The notes beneath the pieces are model-generated. The model was not told the DNA's origin. It did no database searches and saw only the letters and a program-made list of their open reading frames with translations. Below, in pieces: positions 1-11,659 of a DNA stretch of 64,000 nucleotides. The position numbers and the translations under genes were made by a program. The stretch's first letter is position 1. Each line of letters opens with the position of its first letter. This stretch comes from Prorocentrum cordatum (taxonomy: Eukaryota). Where the stretch lies: assembly GCA_963575745.1 (NCBI GenBank), contig CAUYUJ010000015.1:248001-312000 (forward strand). The letters are read 5' to 3'.

Positions 1-190
1 TTGGGAGAGCTCCCGGGCCTTCTCTTGGGTTGGGCGCAGGCCCCTGGTCTTCCCCCTCTCGTGAGGGGCGCAGGCCTGGTCGCCACCTCTTGGGGTCCCG
101 CGCAGTCTCCGTCCTGTGCGCGCTCGCACCGGCAGCTCGCCGAGTTCGGGCGCCCAAGCTGTCTCGCGCCGCGCGGCACCGCTCTTCGCG

Positions 191-1745
191 ATGGGCGACC
201 TCGGCAGTTTTCTTGGCGCCTTGGACGGCGCGTCGGCGCACGAGGCCGGTTGGCTCGAAGCCACGGTGACCGCGCTCAAGGGCCAAGGTGTGGTGACGAT
301 CGCCGATTTAGAGGGCGCGGCATTCGAGGGTTTCTCTTTTGCCGACAAGGAGCTCGACGCCGCGCAGAAGCGCCTCGTGCGCGCGGGGATCGCCGCGGCG
401 AGCACGCCGGCGCCGGTGGCTGGGGGCTCGGCGGCGGCCGCCCCTCCAGCGCCCTCGGCGGCGGAGAACGCGGCCGCCCTCTTGGCCGCGCTCAAGACGG
501 GCACCAGCGAGGCGCAAGCGATCTCGACGCGATCTCGGGCTCGCGTGGCCCCGCGCGGCGCGTTCGCAGGAAAAGCCGGCCCGCGTACTCTTGGGCCCTC
601 TCCTCGGCAAGGCGTCGCTGGCCAACCTCCCGCAAGAGTTCTGGCCCAGGCGCGCTCGCGCGCGCGCGCGCTGGTTCTCGCATCTGGTCCCGTGCGCCGG
701 TAGCTCCGACATGCTTGACGCGTTGAACGCGGAAGTCTTGAAGCGGCAGAAGAAGGAATCCAGCGAGGAAGCGCGCGTCTTCCTGTACTCGGACATCCGC
801 AAGTGGGTGCCCGAGTGGGCCCGCTCGGGCCCTCGCGATTTCGAAGAGGAGGCTGACGGATCGTCCGGCGCCAGCAAGGACATTCGTGACCTCGCCAAGG
901 CTCGTGCCGCGCGCGCGTTGCCTGGCCCGCGCGCGGGCGCTCGCCCCGCAGGAAGTGGCGGCGGTGAAGAAAGGGCCCGAGAAGAAGGCCTACTTAACCC
1001 TCTGCCAGTGGCAACTGGCTTGGAACCGGCGCCACCTGCCCGTCGCGCGCCCCCCCCGCGCGCCTGCCTGTTATCGCGCCGCGCGCGGCAGGTACATGGT
1101 CGCGCTGGTCGCCACGGGCCAGCTCACGTGGGCTGAGGTGCAGGCGCATCGCGACAACTGCTTGATGGTGGCGGTTCAGGCTGCGCGCGCGCGATTTCTC
1201 GTCGCTCTCTGTTCGCCGCGCGTTGCCGCGCAGGCGGCGGCCTCGAAGCGCCGCGTGCACCTCGGTATCGTGTACGACGAGGAGGCGCGGAAGGCGCGCC
1301 CCTGCGTTCATGCTTGCGCGGCGCCCTGCTTCTGTGCCGGCGCGCGGCAGCTATGGGCCGAGCAGCTACGCTCGGGGGACCCAGATTTCAAGCTGGGAAA
1401 GACGATCCTGCGGGTCGACCCGCGCGCCCTACAGCTGGCGCGGGATGCTTGCGACAAAGAAGACGGCGCCACCCACGCGACGGCGAGCGTCGCGCCGCGC
1501 GGATTCGCTTCTGCCACCTTTCTCCGCCGTTTCCGCGCGCGCAGGCACCGGCGGCCCGCGCTCCCGAGAAGGCGCGCGGGGCGGGCGGCGCCAGCCAGCC
1601 GTGGCGCGCCGCGCAGAGCTGGAGCAGCGGCTCCTGGGGCAGCGATTGGCCGAAGGGCCAGAAGCGCGAGCGCTCGTGGGGCAGCGATTGGAAGAAAAAG
1701 GACACGAGGAAGGCACGGACGCCGCCGCGCCCGGCGCAGCGCTGA
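191..1745 (+). CDS. Gag-like ORF1 of the YR retrotransposon, spliced (introns 512-569, 650-703, 900-951, 1029-1091, 1180-1233, 1294-1350, 1483-1544; possibly 1572-1616)
   Basis: ATG 191; removing the GC..AG introns joins MGDLGSFLG...GTSE|EKPARV...WPS|SDMLDALN...DLAK|EVAAV...WNR|YMVALV...AVQ|AAASK...GIVYDEEARK|LWAEQ...to TGA 1743-1745. Gag assignment is positional inference. Confidence 0.7.
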
Positions 1746-1896
1746 GCGCCGCCCTGGCAGGGCGCGCGCGAGCCCCCGTAGGGGTGGAGCCCCTTCAGCC
1801 GTCAGAACGGCTCGCGCGCAAAAGCCTGCCTCCGCCCGCGCCGGGTCGGGGCCGCGACCCGGGCGCGCCCGATAGTTCTACGCTTTGTCGCTAAAA

Positions 1897-4649
1897 ATGG
1901 CCCCGTGCGCCGTGCGCAGGACCCCCACTCGCGTGCTGGGACATGCCGCGTGCGCTGTTGCCGCGGAGGCCGCTTCGCTTTCCGCGCCGCGCTGCGAGTG
2001 CCCGGCTTGGCCGCGGCCAGCCTGGGCGGGGCGCGCGGGGGAGTTCCGCGGGGCAGCGTGCGTTCCGAGGGCGCTTTTCGCTACGCTTTGGCGCCTTGTC
2101 CACGTCCGCGGTTTGCAATCTTGTGCAATGCCTGCCGTGCCGGTGCCGCCCCCGCCGCCCGCATCCGGCGCGCGAAAGCGGGCGGCGCCTGGGGCTGCAT
2201 GCGTCGTCGCCAAATCTCGCAAGGCGCGCTTTCCCGGCTCTCGGTCGCGCGTGAGCCAGCGGCGCGCGCCAGGTGATGCCAGCGCCGCCAGCGCCACCAG
2301 GGCCGCAATTCAGGAGCGATTGGTCTCGGCGTTGCAGCGACAGCGCGTGGCGCGACATCTGCGTCGCGGCCGGCGGCTGTAGCGGCGGCGACGCGGAGAA
2401 ACTTACCTTTCTGGCAAGGGCGCTGGACGGCGACCCCGCGCTCTGGGGCAAGCGGCGGCCCGCCGCGGCCTCGGCTTTGCCGCCCGCGGCCGCTGAGGCA
2501 GTGCGGTGGGCCGCGCAGACCGCCCCCGCCGACGTGGTGGCTTTCCGCGAGGGCGAACTCGCGGCGCTTCGCGAAAGGGATCGGGCTCTCCGGGCCAGTG
2601 GCGCCGTGGAAGAATAGTTCCGGGGGGTGGACCCCGCCATGCGGCGCGTCGCGCAGCACGTGAACGGGCCTCTCTGCGCAGAGATCGCGGAGCGCATTGC
2701 CTTCTGCGACCCAGGCTGCGTGGAATTCTTCAGGTCGGGGGCGCCCCTCGTCGGCGAGCTCCCGCGGTCGGGCCACGGCAGCCCAGAGGTGTTCCCTCCC
2801 CGTCTGGGCATCGCGGAGCTGCTCGGCAACGCCGAGTCGACAAATCGCGACATTTCCTGTGGCCTCCGCGACGGCGCGCACGGCGACGCCATCCTCCGCA
2901 AGACACGGGACGAGGCCGAGCTGGGGCGCATCAGTTGCCCGGTGCCGCTCCGCGACGTGTGCCTGGACGGGGCCGTCATCGCTCCGAGGTTTGCGGTTGA
3001 GCAGCTCCGTGAAGACGGGTCCTCGAAACTCCGGTTGGTCGACGACATGACCAAGGCTAGGATTAACGAGGTGACGCGGCCTCAGGAGCGGCTCCACCAC
3101 GATGCCGTGGACACGCTTTTCGAAGCAGCTCGCATCTTCCAGGAAGTTGCGGGGCGGGCACCCGCCCTCTAGAAGGCAGACGTCGACGCTGCCTTTCGTC
3201 GCGTGCCCATTCGCGCTGAGCACCGCCGGTTCGCTTGGATCGTGTTCAGCGCCGCCGGGCAGGTCTGGGCGGCGCAGCACGCGGCAGCGCCCTTCGGGGC
3301 CACGTCGTCGGTGCACAGCTGGGCGCGAGTGGGTGCCTTCATCGCGGAGGCGGCGCGCGTACTCTTGCGGATCGCCGCGCTGCGATACGTGGATGATTAT
3401 TTTGGGCCGGATCACCCCGAAGTGGTGGAGCACGCAGCAGCGCAGCTGGCGGAGCTAATTCAGCTGATGCTCGGCCCAGGCGCGGTGGCGCCGGACAAGA
3501 TCGCCTGGGGGTCCCCGCTGGTCATCCTCGGCCTCGAAATCAAGGCGGGGCGGCCTTGGCGCGACGCGCCGGCCGGCCGGCTGCGCGCATCGCCAGGTGT
3601 TGCCACGCGCGTTCTGCGCGCGTCCCGCACCCGCGAAGACCGCCAAGTGGCAGCGTGTCATCGGCGAGGCGCTCGCGACGCGCGCCCTCGCGCCAGGCGG
3701 CTCGCGCGTCCCCCCCACTGTGTCGGGACCTTGCGTTCGCTGTGCAGGCGCATCGTCCAAGCTGGCCGGGGGCTTGGCCTGGGCAGCGTCGCATCTCTTC
3801 CGCCGCCTGGGGCGCGCCCTCCTCAGGCGCGGCGCTGCCCCCGCGCGCCCGGGGGGGCGGGGCGCCGCGCTTCGTGCTCGCAGGCCGTTGCACGCGCAAT
3901 CGCATCGCGGGGCATCGAAGGCCCATGAGCCGTTGATGCTTGCCCTGCAGTGGTGGCGCGAGGTCTTGGCCATGGACTTGTGCCAAGCGCGGCCGTGGGC
4001 CGACAAGGCGCGGCCTCGCGCAACTCTCTTCGCGGACGCGTCGGGCCAACCACCGTGCGTGGCCGCGGTGCTCGTCACCGCCACGGGCATCCGTTTCACT
4101 TCCATGGTCGCCCCGGATTCCTTGATGGCGTCGTTCCAGCGTCGCCGGGACAACCAGATTCAGGGGCTGGAGCTCCTGTCTATCGCGCTGGGCATGTGCA
4201 CCTTTGCAGGCATTGCTTTCGCGTGCGACTGCCCGCGCCGGCGGGCAGGTCCGGCCCCTCGTCTTCGCTGCGCTCAGGGGAAGTGCAAGGTTGCGACTTG
4301 CATATTTACAGCGACAATACCGGCGCGGAGTCTTGCCTGCGGAAGGGCGCCGCGAAATCCTTCGACCATTCGTGCATCGTCCACTCCATGTGGAGGCGCG
4401 CGGTGGAGCTCGACGTTGACCTCGCGGTTTTCCGCGTGCCCACGGCTGAGAATCTGGCCGATTTGCCTTCTCGGCGCGCCCGTGCGCGCCGCGCGGTGCT
4501 GCGGGCTGGCCGCGGGCGCAGCGTGTCGCAGGGGGGGCGACGAACTCCTGCTACGCATCGGCGCGGTGCGCACGCGCCCGTGGCTCGACGAAGAATTCTG
4601 GCACGCGGATGCCTGGGGCGCTCTCTCTGTGGCCCGCCTCTTCGGCTAA
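1897..4649 (+). pseudogene. pol: Reverse transcriptase-RNase H, spliced (introns 2224-2272, 3545-3596, 3697-3747, 3827-3883, 4210-4277, 4474-4531); in-frame TAG at 2615 and 3170
   Basis: RT motifs KLRLVDD, KADVDAAFRRVP, PFG, YVDD; RNase H motifs FADAS, GLEL, YSDN, NLADLPSR. Intron removal gives SKLAGGLAWA...GRALLR|PLH and restores frame. Start codon uncertain. Confidence 0.88.
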
Positions 4650-4842
4650 ACCGCGCGCCATGTCGCGCCCGGGTGCCATCTTGTGCGTCGGGGCGTCGCG
4701 ATACTTAAGTTTGGGCGCGGCAAAGCGTTCGGCGCGCCGCCGCGCTTGTCATCCTAGGGCCCCGCGTTTTGTCGCAAGCGGAGTGCACGCGGCCAGTGCC
4801 TCAGGCGCGTCGCTCGCATTGTCAGGCGTGCCGCGCGGCATC

Positions 4843-6407
4843 ATGTCGTTATTCCTTGAATTGTGTTCTTTGCGCCCGACAGCGCCCAGGACGGCCGTCG
4901 CCTGGGCTGCTGATTTCCTGGCTGAGAACGGCTTCGCACGAGCCTGCGAGCTCGCCAGTGCAGACGCCGCAGACCTGGAAGGTTGGCCGGTCACCGCGCA
5001 GGCCAATGTCGAAGTCCTGCACGAATTATTCAGAGCCGCGAAGATTGCTGCGCGCCGAGGCTCGGCTGCGCGAGGGTTTTTGGCGCGCGCGGCCCCCCCC
5101 CCCCGCCGCGCGTGCGCCTCGCAGGCGCGCCCGTCGCCGTGGGCTCGGCAGTTGGAGGGCGCGCGCCCGCCCGCAGCCGGTCGCCGGCGAGACGCGCGGC
5201 GCCGAGCGCCCCGGGGTCACCCCCTGGACCGCCACAGGCGCGCGTCATCGGCCCCGCGTGCTTGCGCATGCCCGCGCGCCGTGGCTCGCGAGGCGCCCGC
5301 CCCGAGCGTCCTCGACCAGCTGGGCGCGCCGGTCGCGCTGCCAATAACGCGCGGGCCCCGGGCGGCGCTCGCCGAGGCCGCTGCTCGCCTCCGCAGTCCG
5401 GCGGACGCGGCCCGCTGGCGGGAGGAGGAACGCGTTCGCGCTATGCTGCAACCATGCGCACGGTCGCTCCCAAGCGTGAGAAGCGGCCTCAAATGCTGGG
5501 AGGCCTACTGCATCAGAGTGTTGAAATACCCATGCATGCAGCTCCCGCCAGCCTGCGCGGACCTGGTCGCCTGGAGCGCCCTCTTTCGCTGCGGGGAGAC
5601 GTACGCAAATTACTGCAGCTACGTTGAGATCGGCTGCCTCCTGACTGGGGTCTGCGTCGCCGTGTTCGACCGCCCCGAGGTCAGGCGTGCGCGCGCCGCC
5701 GTCCGGGCGCGGGCCGATTGGACTCCGCGCCCGCGCTTGTTTCATCCGTAAGAGCGCGGTCGCCGCGCTGGTCGAGTTGGGCGCGCGCCGCCCCGAGTGG
5801 CTCCGCGCGTCGATGCTTTTCCTTTTCGCCTACGCGTTCTTGTTGCGTGTTCCCAGCAAGGCGTTGCCGGCCGTGCGCGTGGCCGATGCCGGCGACGCGC
5901 CGCCCTTTCAAGCGGCGCTAGTGCTGGGCAGATCGGAGCTCACGCTGCTGCTGCGGCGGCGGAAGAACCGGCCGCAGGGCAGTCGCCTGTCGCGGAAGTG
6001 CTGGTGCTCATCGTGCCGCGCCACGTGCCCCGTGCACACCCTGGGCCCCTGGGTGGCGCGTTGCGGGCTGGGCCGCGGGCTCTTCGGAGGCATCTCGGCG
6101 GCTGCTGCGCTGCGGACCCTGCGCGAGATGCTCGCTGCCCTCGGTGTCCAGGGGGCGAGCCTGTTTCGGTTGCATGACCTCCGCAGGGGCCACGCCAAGG
6201 ACCTGCAGGAGGCTGGCGCGACGCTGGCCGAGATTCTCGCGGCCGGGGAGTGGCGGTCCTGCGCTTTCATGGCGTATCTCGACCGTGACGATCTGGAAAG
6301 GGACGCGGTCGTGGAGGCGGGGCCACGCGCCCTCCGCCCGCGCCGCGGCGCGCTGCTCGCGCCAGGCGCACATGCTGGAGTCGGATTCGGACGAGGGTGC
6401 CTGCTAG
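4843..6407 (+). pseudogene. Tyrosine recombinase, spliced (introns 5060-5124, 5238-5292, 6317-6365); +1 frameshift near 5741
   Basis: Catalytic-type motifs FLLRVPS, RRRKN, CPVH, HDLRRG, GEWRS, AFMAYL; last intron joins AVVE|AHMLESDSDEGAC*. Confidence 0.88.
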
Positions 6408-6556
6408 GCGCCGGCGGCCAGCGCCGCCACGTTTCGCTTCTGTGCGTGGGCGGGTGCGCGCGACGGCGCCCGTGCTCTGCCCCCGCGCGTTCGGCAGCGG
6501 GTGGGCGCGCGTTGCCGGCCCGTGTCGCCTGCGTGCCGTGTGGCATTGGGTCTGCA

Positions 6557-7242
6557 CGCAGGCGTGGCGCGAGGCCGCCCAAGCGGCGGTGCGTCGGGCC
6601 TGGGCCCGTCGCAGCCGCCCGCGGGGGGCAGCCTCGCGCCGCGCCGCTCCCACCGACGGCGGCAGCAGGCGGGGTCGAGGCCCTGCGCGCGCGGCTCGAT
6701 TTGTGGTAGGCCCACGGCGGCAAGTCCGCTCGCAGACGCGGACGTTCACCGTTGTGGGCGGGCACAAATCGGCCACGGTTGCGCGTAGGTCGCGCGCGCG
6801 GCAGTGCGACGCGACCGCGGCCTCGCTGCGCAGGCGCGGGCCATCGCGCCGTCGCGCGCCAGGGTTGCGCGTCGCGGGGGGGGGGTCGCTGCCCCGCGGC
6901 GCGTGCGCTTCGCAGGTGATTTGCTAGCGCCGGGGTTGCGTCGCCGCGGGGGGGGGTCGCTGCCCCCGCGGCGCGTGCGCTTCGCAGGCGATTTGCATTT
7001 GGAGGAGGCGCCGCGCGCGCGCCCCGCGCGCGCGCGCGGCGGGTGCCTCCCTGGCGCGCGTTCTTTCTCCCACCCTCCGCCCTGTCTGCTGCGCGCAGGC
7101 GTGGCGCGAGGCCGCCCAAGCGGCGGTGCGTCGGGCCTGGGCCCGTCGCAGCCGCCCGCGGGGGGCAGCCTCGCGCCGCGCCGCTCCCACCGACGGCGGC
7201 AGCAGGCGGGGTCGAGGCCCTGCACGCGCGGCTCGATTTGTG
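6557..7242 (+). repeat. 149-bp direct repeat pair (6557-6705; 7094-7242) with a ~65-bp internal tandem duplication (about 6862-6998) between them
   Basis: Near-identical copies cgcaggcgtggcgcgagg...gctcgatttgtg read directly. Confidence 0.92.
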
Positions 7243-7639
7243 CGCGCCTGAAAGTGCGCGTTGCGAAGGATGCGAACCCCTTTGGAGCTCAACCGGGGCC
7301 TCGCCCGCCCTGCGCCGCCACGGCGCAGCAGAGGCCGTGGTTTGATCCGAGGTGGCCGCGGATCCGATGGCGACATGAATACGCACCACGATGCACGCAG
7401 CGCGCGACGATAGATCGCAACAGAAGGGTTGCGCAACATGCTTTGCAACCGCTCGCAAACCAGCAAGAGCGAGTGCTCCGCTGACTAGCAGGAGCGAAGG
7501 CCCCCCTGCCGAGGGAACCTAACTCGCGCGAGTTGTTATCCGCATCCCCCACACACACACACGCACGCACACACGCGCACGCGCACGCCCCACACCACCG
7601 CGCGCACACGCGCGCGCGCACACACTCCCCGCCGCTCCC

Positions 7640-8950
7640 CCCGTACAGGCGGCGCCTGAGTCTGGGCGTCGATCCACGCCGGCGCGGCGGCCAGCGCCCC
7701 TGCGCGACTCTGATAGCGGCCCCAGCGGATGCGCTTGTCGGACCGCCCCGCCACGGCTCTGAAATTGCTCTTGTCTGGCAGCGCGCACTTGTGCCCATTC
7801 CTGTAAGTGGTGCTGCCAGACATCGGCGGTTTGGGCATCGCCATGGGCTTCGCCGCGGCAGGCTCCCCCATGGCCCGGTGGCCCTTCATGGGGGGGGCGG
7901 CCCTCCGTCTTTTTCATGGCTGGCGACGTTGCCCCTTCGGCGGCCCCGCCGTCGCCGCTGGCCTCGGCGCCCTCGACGCCCTCGGCCGCCGCCGGGCGCT
8001 TCCTCTCCGCGGCGGCCGCCTCGGCTTTGTCGGCGAGAAGCGCGCGGAGCTTGCCCTCCTCGTCGCTGAGCTCTGCGGCGCTGATCTCCTTGGGCACGGC
8101 CGCCGGTGGCTTCGCCATTTCGCGAGGTGGCTCCTCGCGAGGTGGGAGTTTGACCCCTGGGGGCCCCAGCTCCTCGCGCGTCGCTGTCGACGCAGGCGGC
8201 CTTGCAGATGAACCTAAAATCGCGTTGGCGAACAGCGCCGCCGCCAACTGCCCGCCGAACGCGTTCTGCATGATCGCGAGCTGGCCGCCAGCCGCAGGGC
8301 CTGTAGGCGCGGCCGCGCTTGCAGGACATGGCGCGAGTGCCGATGGCGAAGTCTTCGCCTGGAGCCCGCGGGAGTTCTTCCGCGCGAACTCGGGCCCGTC
8401 GGCGCTGATGTCCCCCATTGCTGGGGGTTCGGCGCCGCGCGCCGCGCCCTACCGTGGCCCCGCGCTCAGCTGGTCGACCTGGTCGTTCACCAGGTCGCCC
8501 TGCAGCCGCGGGCGGCCCGCTGCCTGGCCGCGATGCTCGAGCTGAGCGCCTTGGCATTCTGGAGCAGCTGGCGCCGCGCCTCTGACGTCGCTGGCCGCCG
8601 CGCGGCCCTCGCTGACCGCGCTCAGCGCGCGCGTGGCACTGAGCTTGGCACGGTTGGCAACCAAGCGTATACACGCCTTCTCCGACAGGTTGCCGCTTTT
8701 CAATGCTGCGATATCCGTCGCAGTGGAGATCTTGGAGGCAATGCTTAATTACCTCTTGCAAGCGTTTCCCTGCTCTCTTCGCCACCACGATGCCAGTCTC
8801 GTTGCCGACGGCCTGGCACAAGCACAAGATTTGCTCTGATGTCCATTGGTATAATGCGTTGTTCCGGATCGCGTTGATCAAGTGCGTTGCTTCACCCGTG
8901 GACATCGCGCGGACGTCGTTGATCGCGAGGAGCAGTGCGGCGCATTGATA
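7640..8950 (-). pseudogene. Decayed hypothetical protein gene with Ala/Lys-rich (KRPAAA) C-terminal region
   Basis: Protein-like segments in shifting frames (MSTGEATHLINAIRNN; KSGNLSEKACIRLVANRA; KSNFRAVAGRSDKRIRWG); no family recognised. Confidence 0.4.
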
Positions 8951-11659
8951 TTTTGCCAGAGAGGTGGCGCCGAGCCCGCGTGCGACCTAAGTCAATGCCC
9001 ATTCGTGCGCGTTGCTCAACTCAGCGCAGAGGTTTGGCACCGTCGCCATTAGGCGATGGATGTCGTCGCGAGGAACCCCGCGATACTTCGAGGGCCACAA
9101 TGGCCACGGACGCGCCGTGAGCCGCAATTTTTTGCACGTGCCAAAAAGGCACAAGGCTACGCTCGCAACACCATTCGAAACCAATCTTTCATATTTGGAA
9201 TACTTCTCTCAAACATCATATGGTGTCGGGTCCTCGTTTCGAATATACATCGTTCCTCCTGCACCTCCTCGTCGCATTCCGCTCATGCGCGCCATTGTCT
9301 GCAATCGTCGGCGTGCCCCTCATGCGCCAGCGTTGTTGATTTGTCGTCGGCTCAACACATGCGCAGACCAGACTGCAACCCAGCATGACGCTGGATGGAT
9401 TGCACGTGGTGGACGCAAAGGAGCGAGGGACGCGCTATCAAAACCACCCGATCGGACACTTGCAAAACGGTTACCCCTCGTGCGCGCCAGCGCACGGCTC
9501 GGCATTCTGCGCAGAACAGCGCGCTGAAATCGCAGCGGCATGCCACTCGGTCGCATCGCCGCGATCAAGGAGGCGGTTCATCCAGGCCTCCTTGGCCGCA
9601 AGGAACCGCTCGCACTTCTCGTTCACTTGCGGGGCCGCGGGGCTGCTCGACAGACGACGCCGGGGGGCCCGCGCAACGCGTAGCTTCAACAGTCCTGGGG
9701 TGGGGAGGACAAGTGTTAACCGTGGTGGGGTGCGAAGCAATGCATTGCTGATGCCCTCCTTGTTGTCGGCTTTCTTCAGAGTCGGACGGGCCCCTGTCGC
9801 GACCTTCTTCGCAGCCCTGACCCGTAGTTTCTTTCCCCTCCAGCATCTCGCGCCGCTCTTCTTGGATATCGGCCATCGCTTGAGTTCCCATCGCCCTCTC
9901 CTTCACGCTCCTCGGCATAGGCGGCCCGGGCAGCGCGCGCGCGACGTCGGGCCTGCGGCGGCTGGCGGCCGGGCCCGCGATCGCCCGCCATGGCGCGATC
10001 GCCGGAACCCCGCCCCCCGCCCCCGACCCCAAGGGCGAATGCAGGCGACGACGATGTGGGCGAGGAGGAAAAGGCGACGCGCGAGGGGCGGCGGCGGCGG
10101 GGGGGAAATTGGGGGGGGGGCGCGCGGGCGGCGGGGCAGGGGGTGGCGGAGGAGAGATGGCCACGACGAGGATGGGGGCGAGAAGAACGATGAGGGTGAG
10201 CACGGGGCGGGAGCGAACGGATCAGGATAATGATACTAAGGAATAGACGAATAGGGTGATGAGGTGGAAGGGAATGACTCGGCCGCGCGCGCATATGGCC
10301 GCGCGGCCGAGTTGGCGCGAGGGGTCGCGCAGCTTGCGCGCCACGGCGCGCGCATCCGCGAACGCGCCCGCCATGTCAGCGGACTCGACGGCGCTGCGCG
10401 CCAAGCGCCGCACGGAGGACACCGCGCACTTCAAACGCGCAGTTGACCACCTTGATTAGGCGCGAGAAGTACTGCCTGAAGATGCCCCAGGCCATGGGCC
10501 GCAATGCAGCCATGCCACGCGTGCTCTCTTGCAACTGGATGCACGCCATTCGCGCCGATATACGTGCACGCGCTGTCATGGTTTATGCAATGGCCAATGC
10601 ATGTATGTGCATGTTCGTTTGCGCCGGTACGCACACATGCAATGACCTACTGCTTGCAGTATGCGGTGGTGTCGTTTCGATGTGCTGGCACGCATAGCAT
10701 TAGAATGCTAGCACGTGGTCATGCTTAACATTTGCGCACTCACGCCATGTCCGAATCTCAGAAGCGCCCACCCGAGAGGCAGATGCCGCATACAAGAAGC
10801 TGGAGCGGGCCACGAAGAAGGCGGAAACCGCCGAAAAAGCGTTCGTGGCGAGCTTGGACGAGGCCAAGGTGGGGCGCACGCTCGGGCGACCGCTCGCCTC
10901 GTCACGGCAGGCGCCCTCACTCGGGCGCGGGGGCGCAAGGCCTTGGGCGTCGGGGAGCGCGCGCCGTGAGTTGGCGGAGAGTGGGGCGCAGTTTGATGCG
11001 TGATTGCTGGGGACATGCGTGCAAGCGCATATGCGAGCATCCATCAGAACGCTTGCCGCGTCGCGCGTGAACGGACATCCTGCGCATCAGGGGGTGCATG
11101 GAGATCCTGCGCCTGCACCGCCGCGCCCGTCGCCGTCGGCAGCCATCGCCGCCGCTGCCGCCGTCGCAGGCCGACCTCCCTCGTCGCCGTCGCCGCCGTC
11201 GTCGTCACCCACTCGTCGTCGCCGCAGCTGTCGTCGTCGGCGCCGCCGCCGTCGTCGTCGCCCAATCGTGGTCGTCGCAGTCGTCGCCGTCGCAATCGGC
11301 GCCGCGATCGCCGCCCCGCCCCCCCAGCACGCTCGGGGCGGGCCGCCGAACGAGGGCGACGAAGACGAGGGCGACGGGGGCGGCGGCGCGACGACGAAGG
11401 AAACAAAGGGGGGCCGGGCGCCCCCCCTCCGCCCCCCCTCGACGAGTGCGCGCGAATGCGCGGGCGCTGGCACGATTGCAAAGTCGTTCGGGCACAACGT
11501 CTGCGGGTCGAGGCAACGACCGATCGCCGACGACGCCAAGGCCCGGGAGCGACGATCCACAGGCAGCGCTTGCCGACAAACGATAATGACGATGTTTCCA
11601 GACGCCCGACACATCGCCCAACGCGCGACATTTATAAACCATATTGCATACCACCACAT

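Larger units (their letters stand above)
1..7242 (+). mobile_element. Tyrosine-recombinase (DIRS-order) retrotransposon, split-direct-repeat type, intron-rich; 5' end probably upstream of window
   Basis: Order gag-like, RT-RNaseH, tyrosine recombinase; no DDE integrase; 149-bp direct repeat pair at the 3' end (6557-6705, 7094-7242). Confidence 0.9.

Noticed and set aside
2615..3172. Two in-frame TAG codons at probable Trp positions, suggesting stop-codon recoding
   Set aside because: Other in-frame stops fit different residues (25164 from CAG), TAG ends the YR ORF, and frameshifts co-occur; point mutation in decayed copies is simpler.
512..6365. Introns as one recently spread introner family
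   Set aside because: They share length and GC richness, but I see no alignable internal sequence or common terminal repeats.
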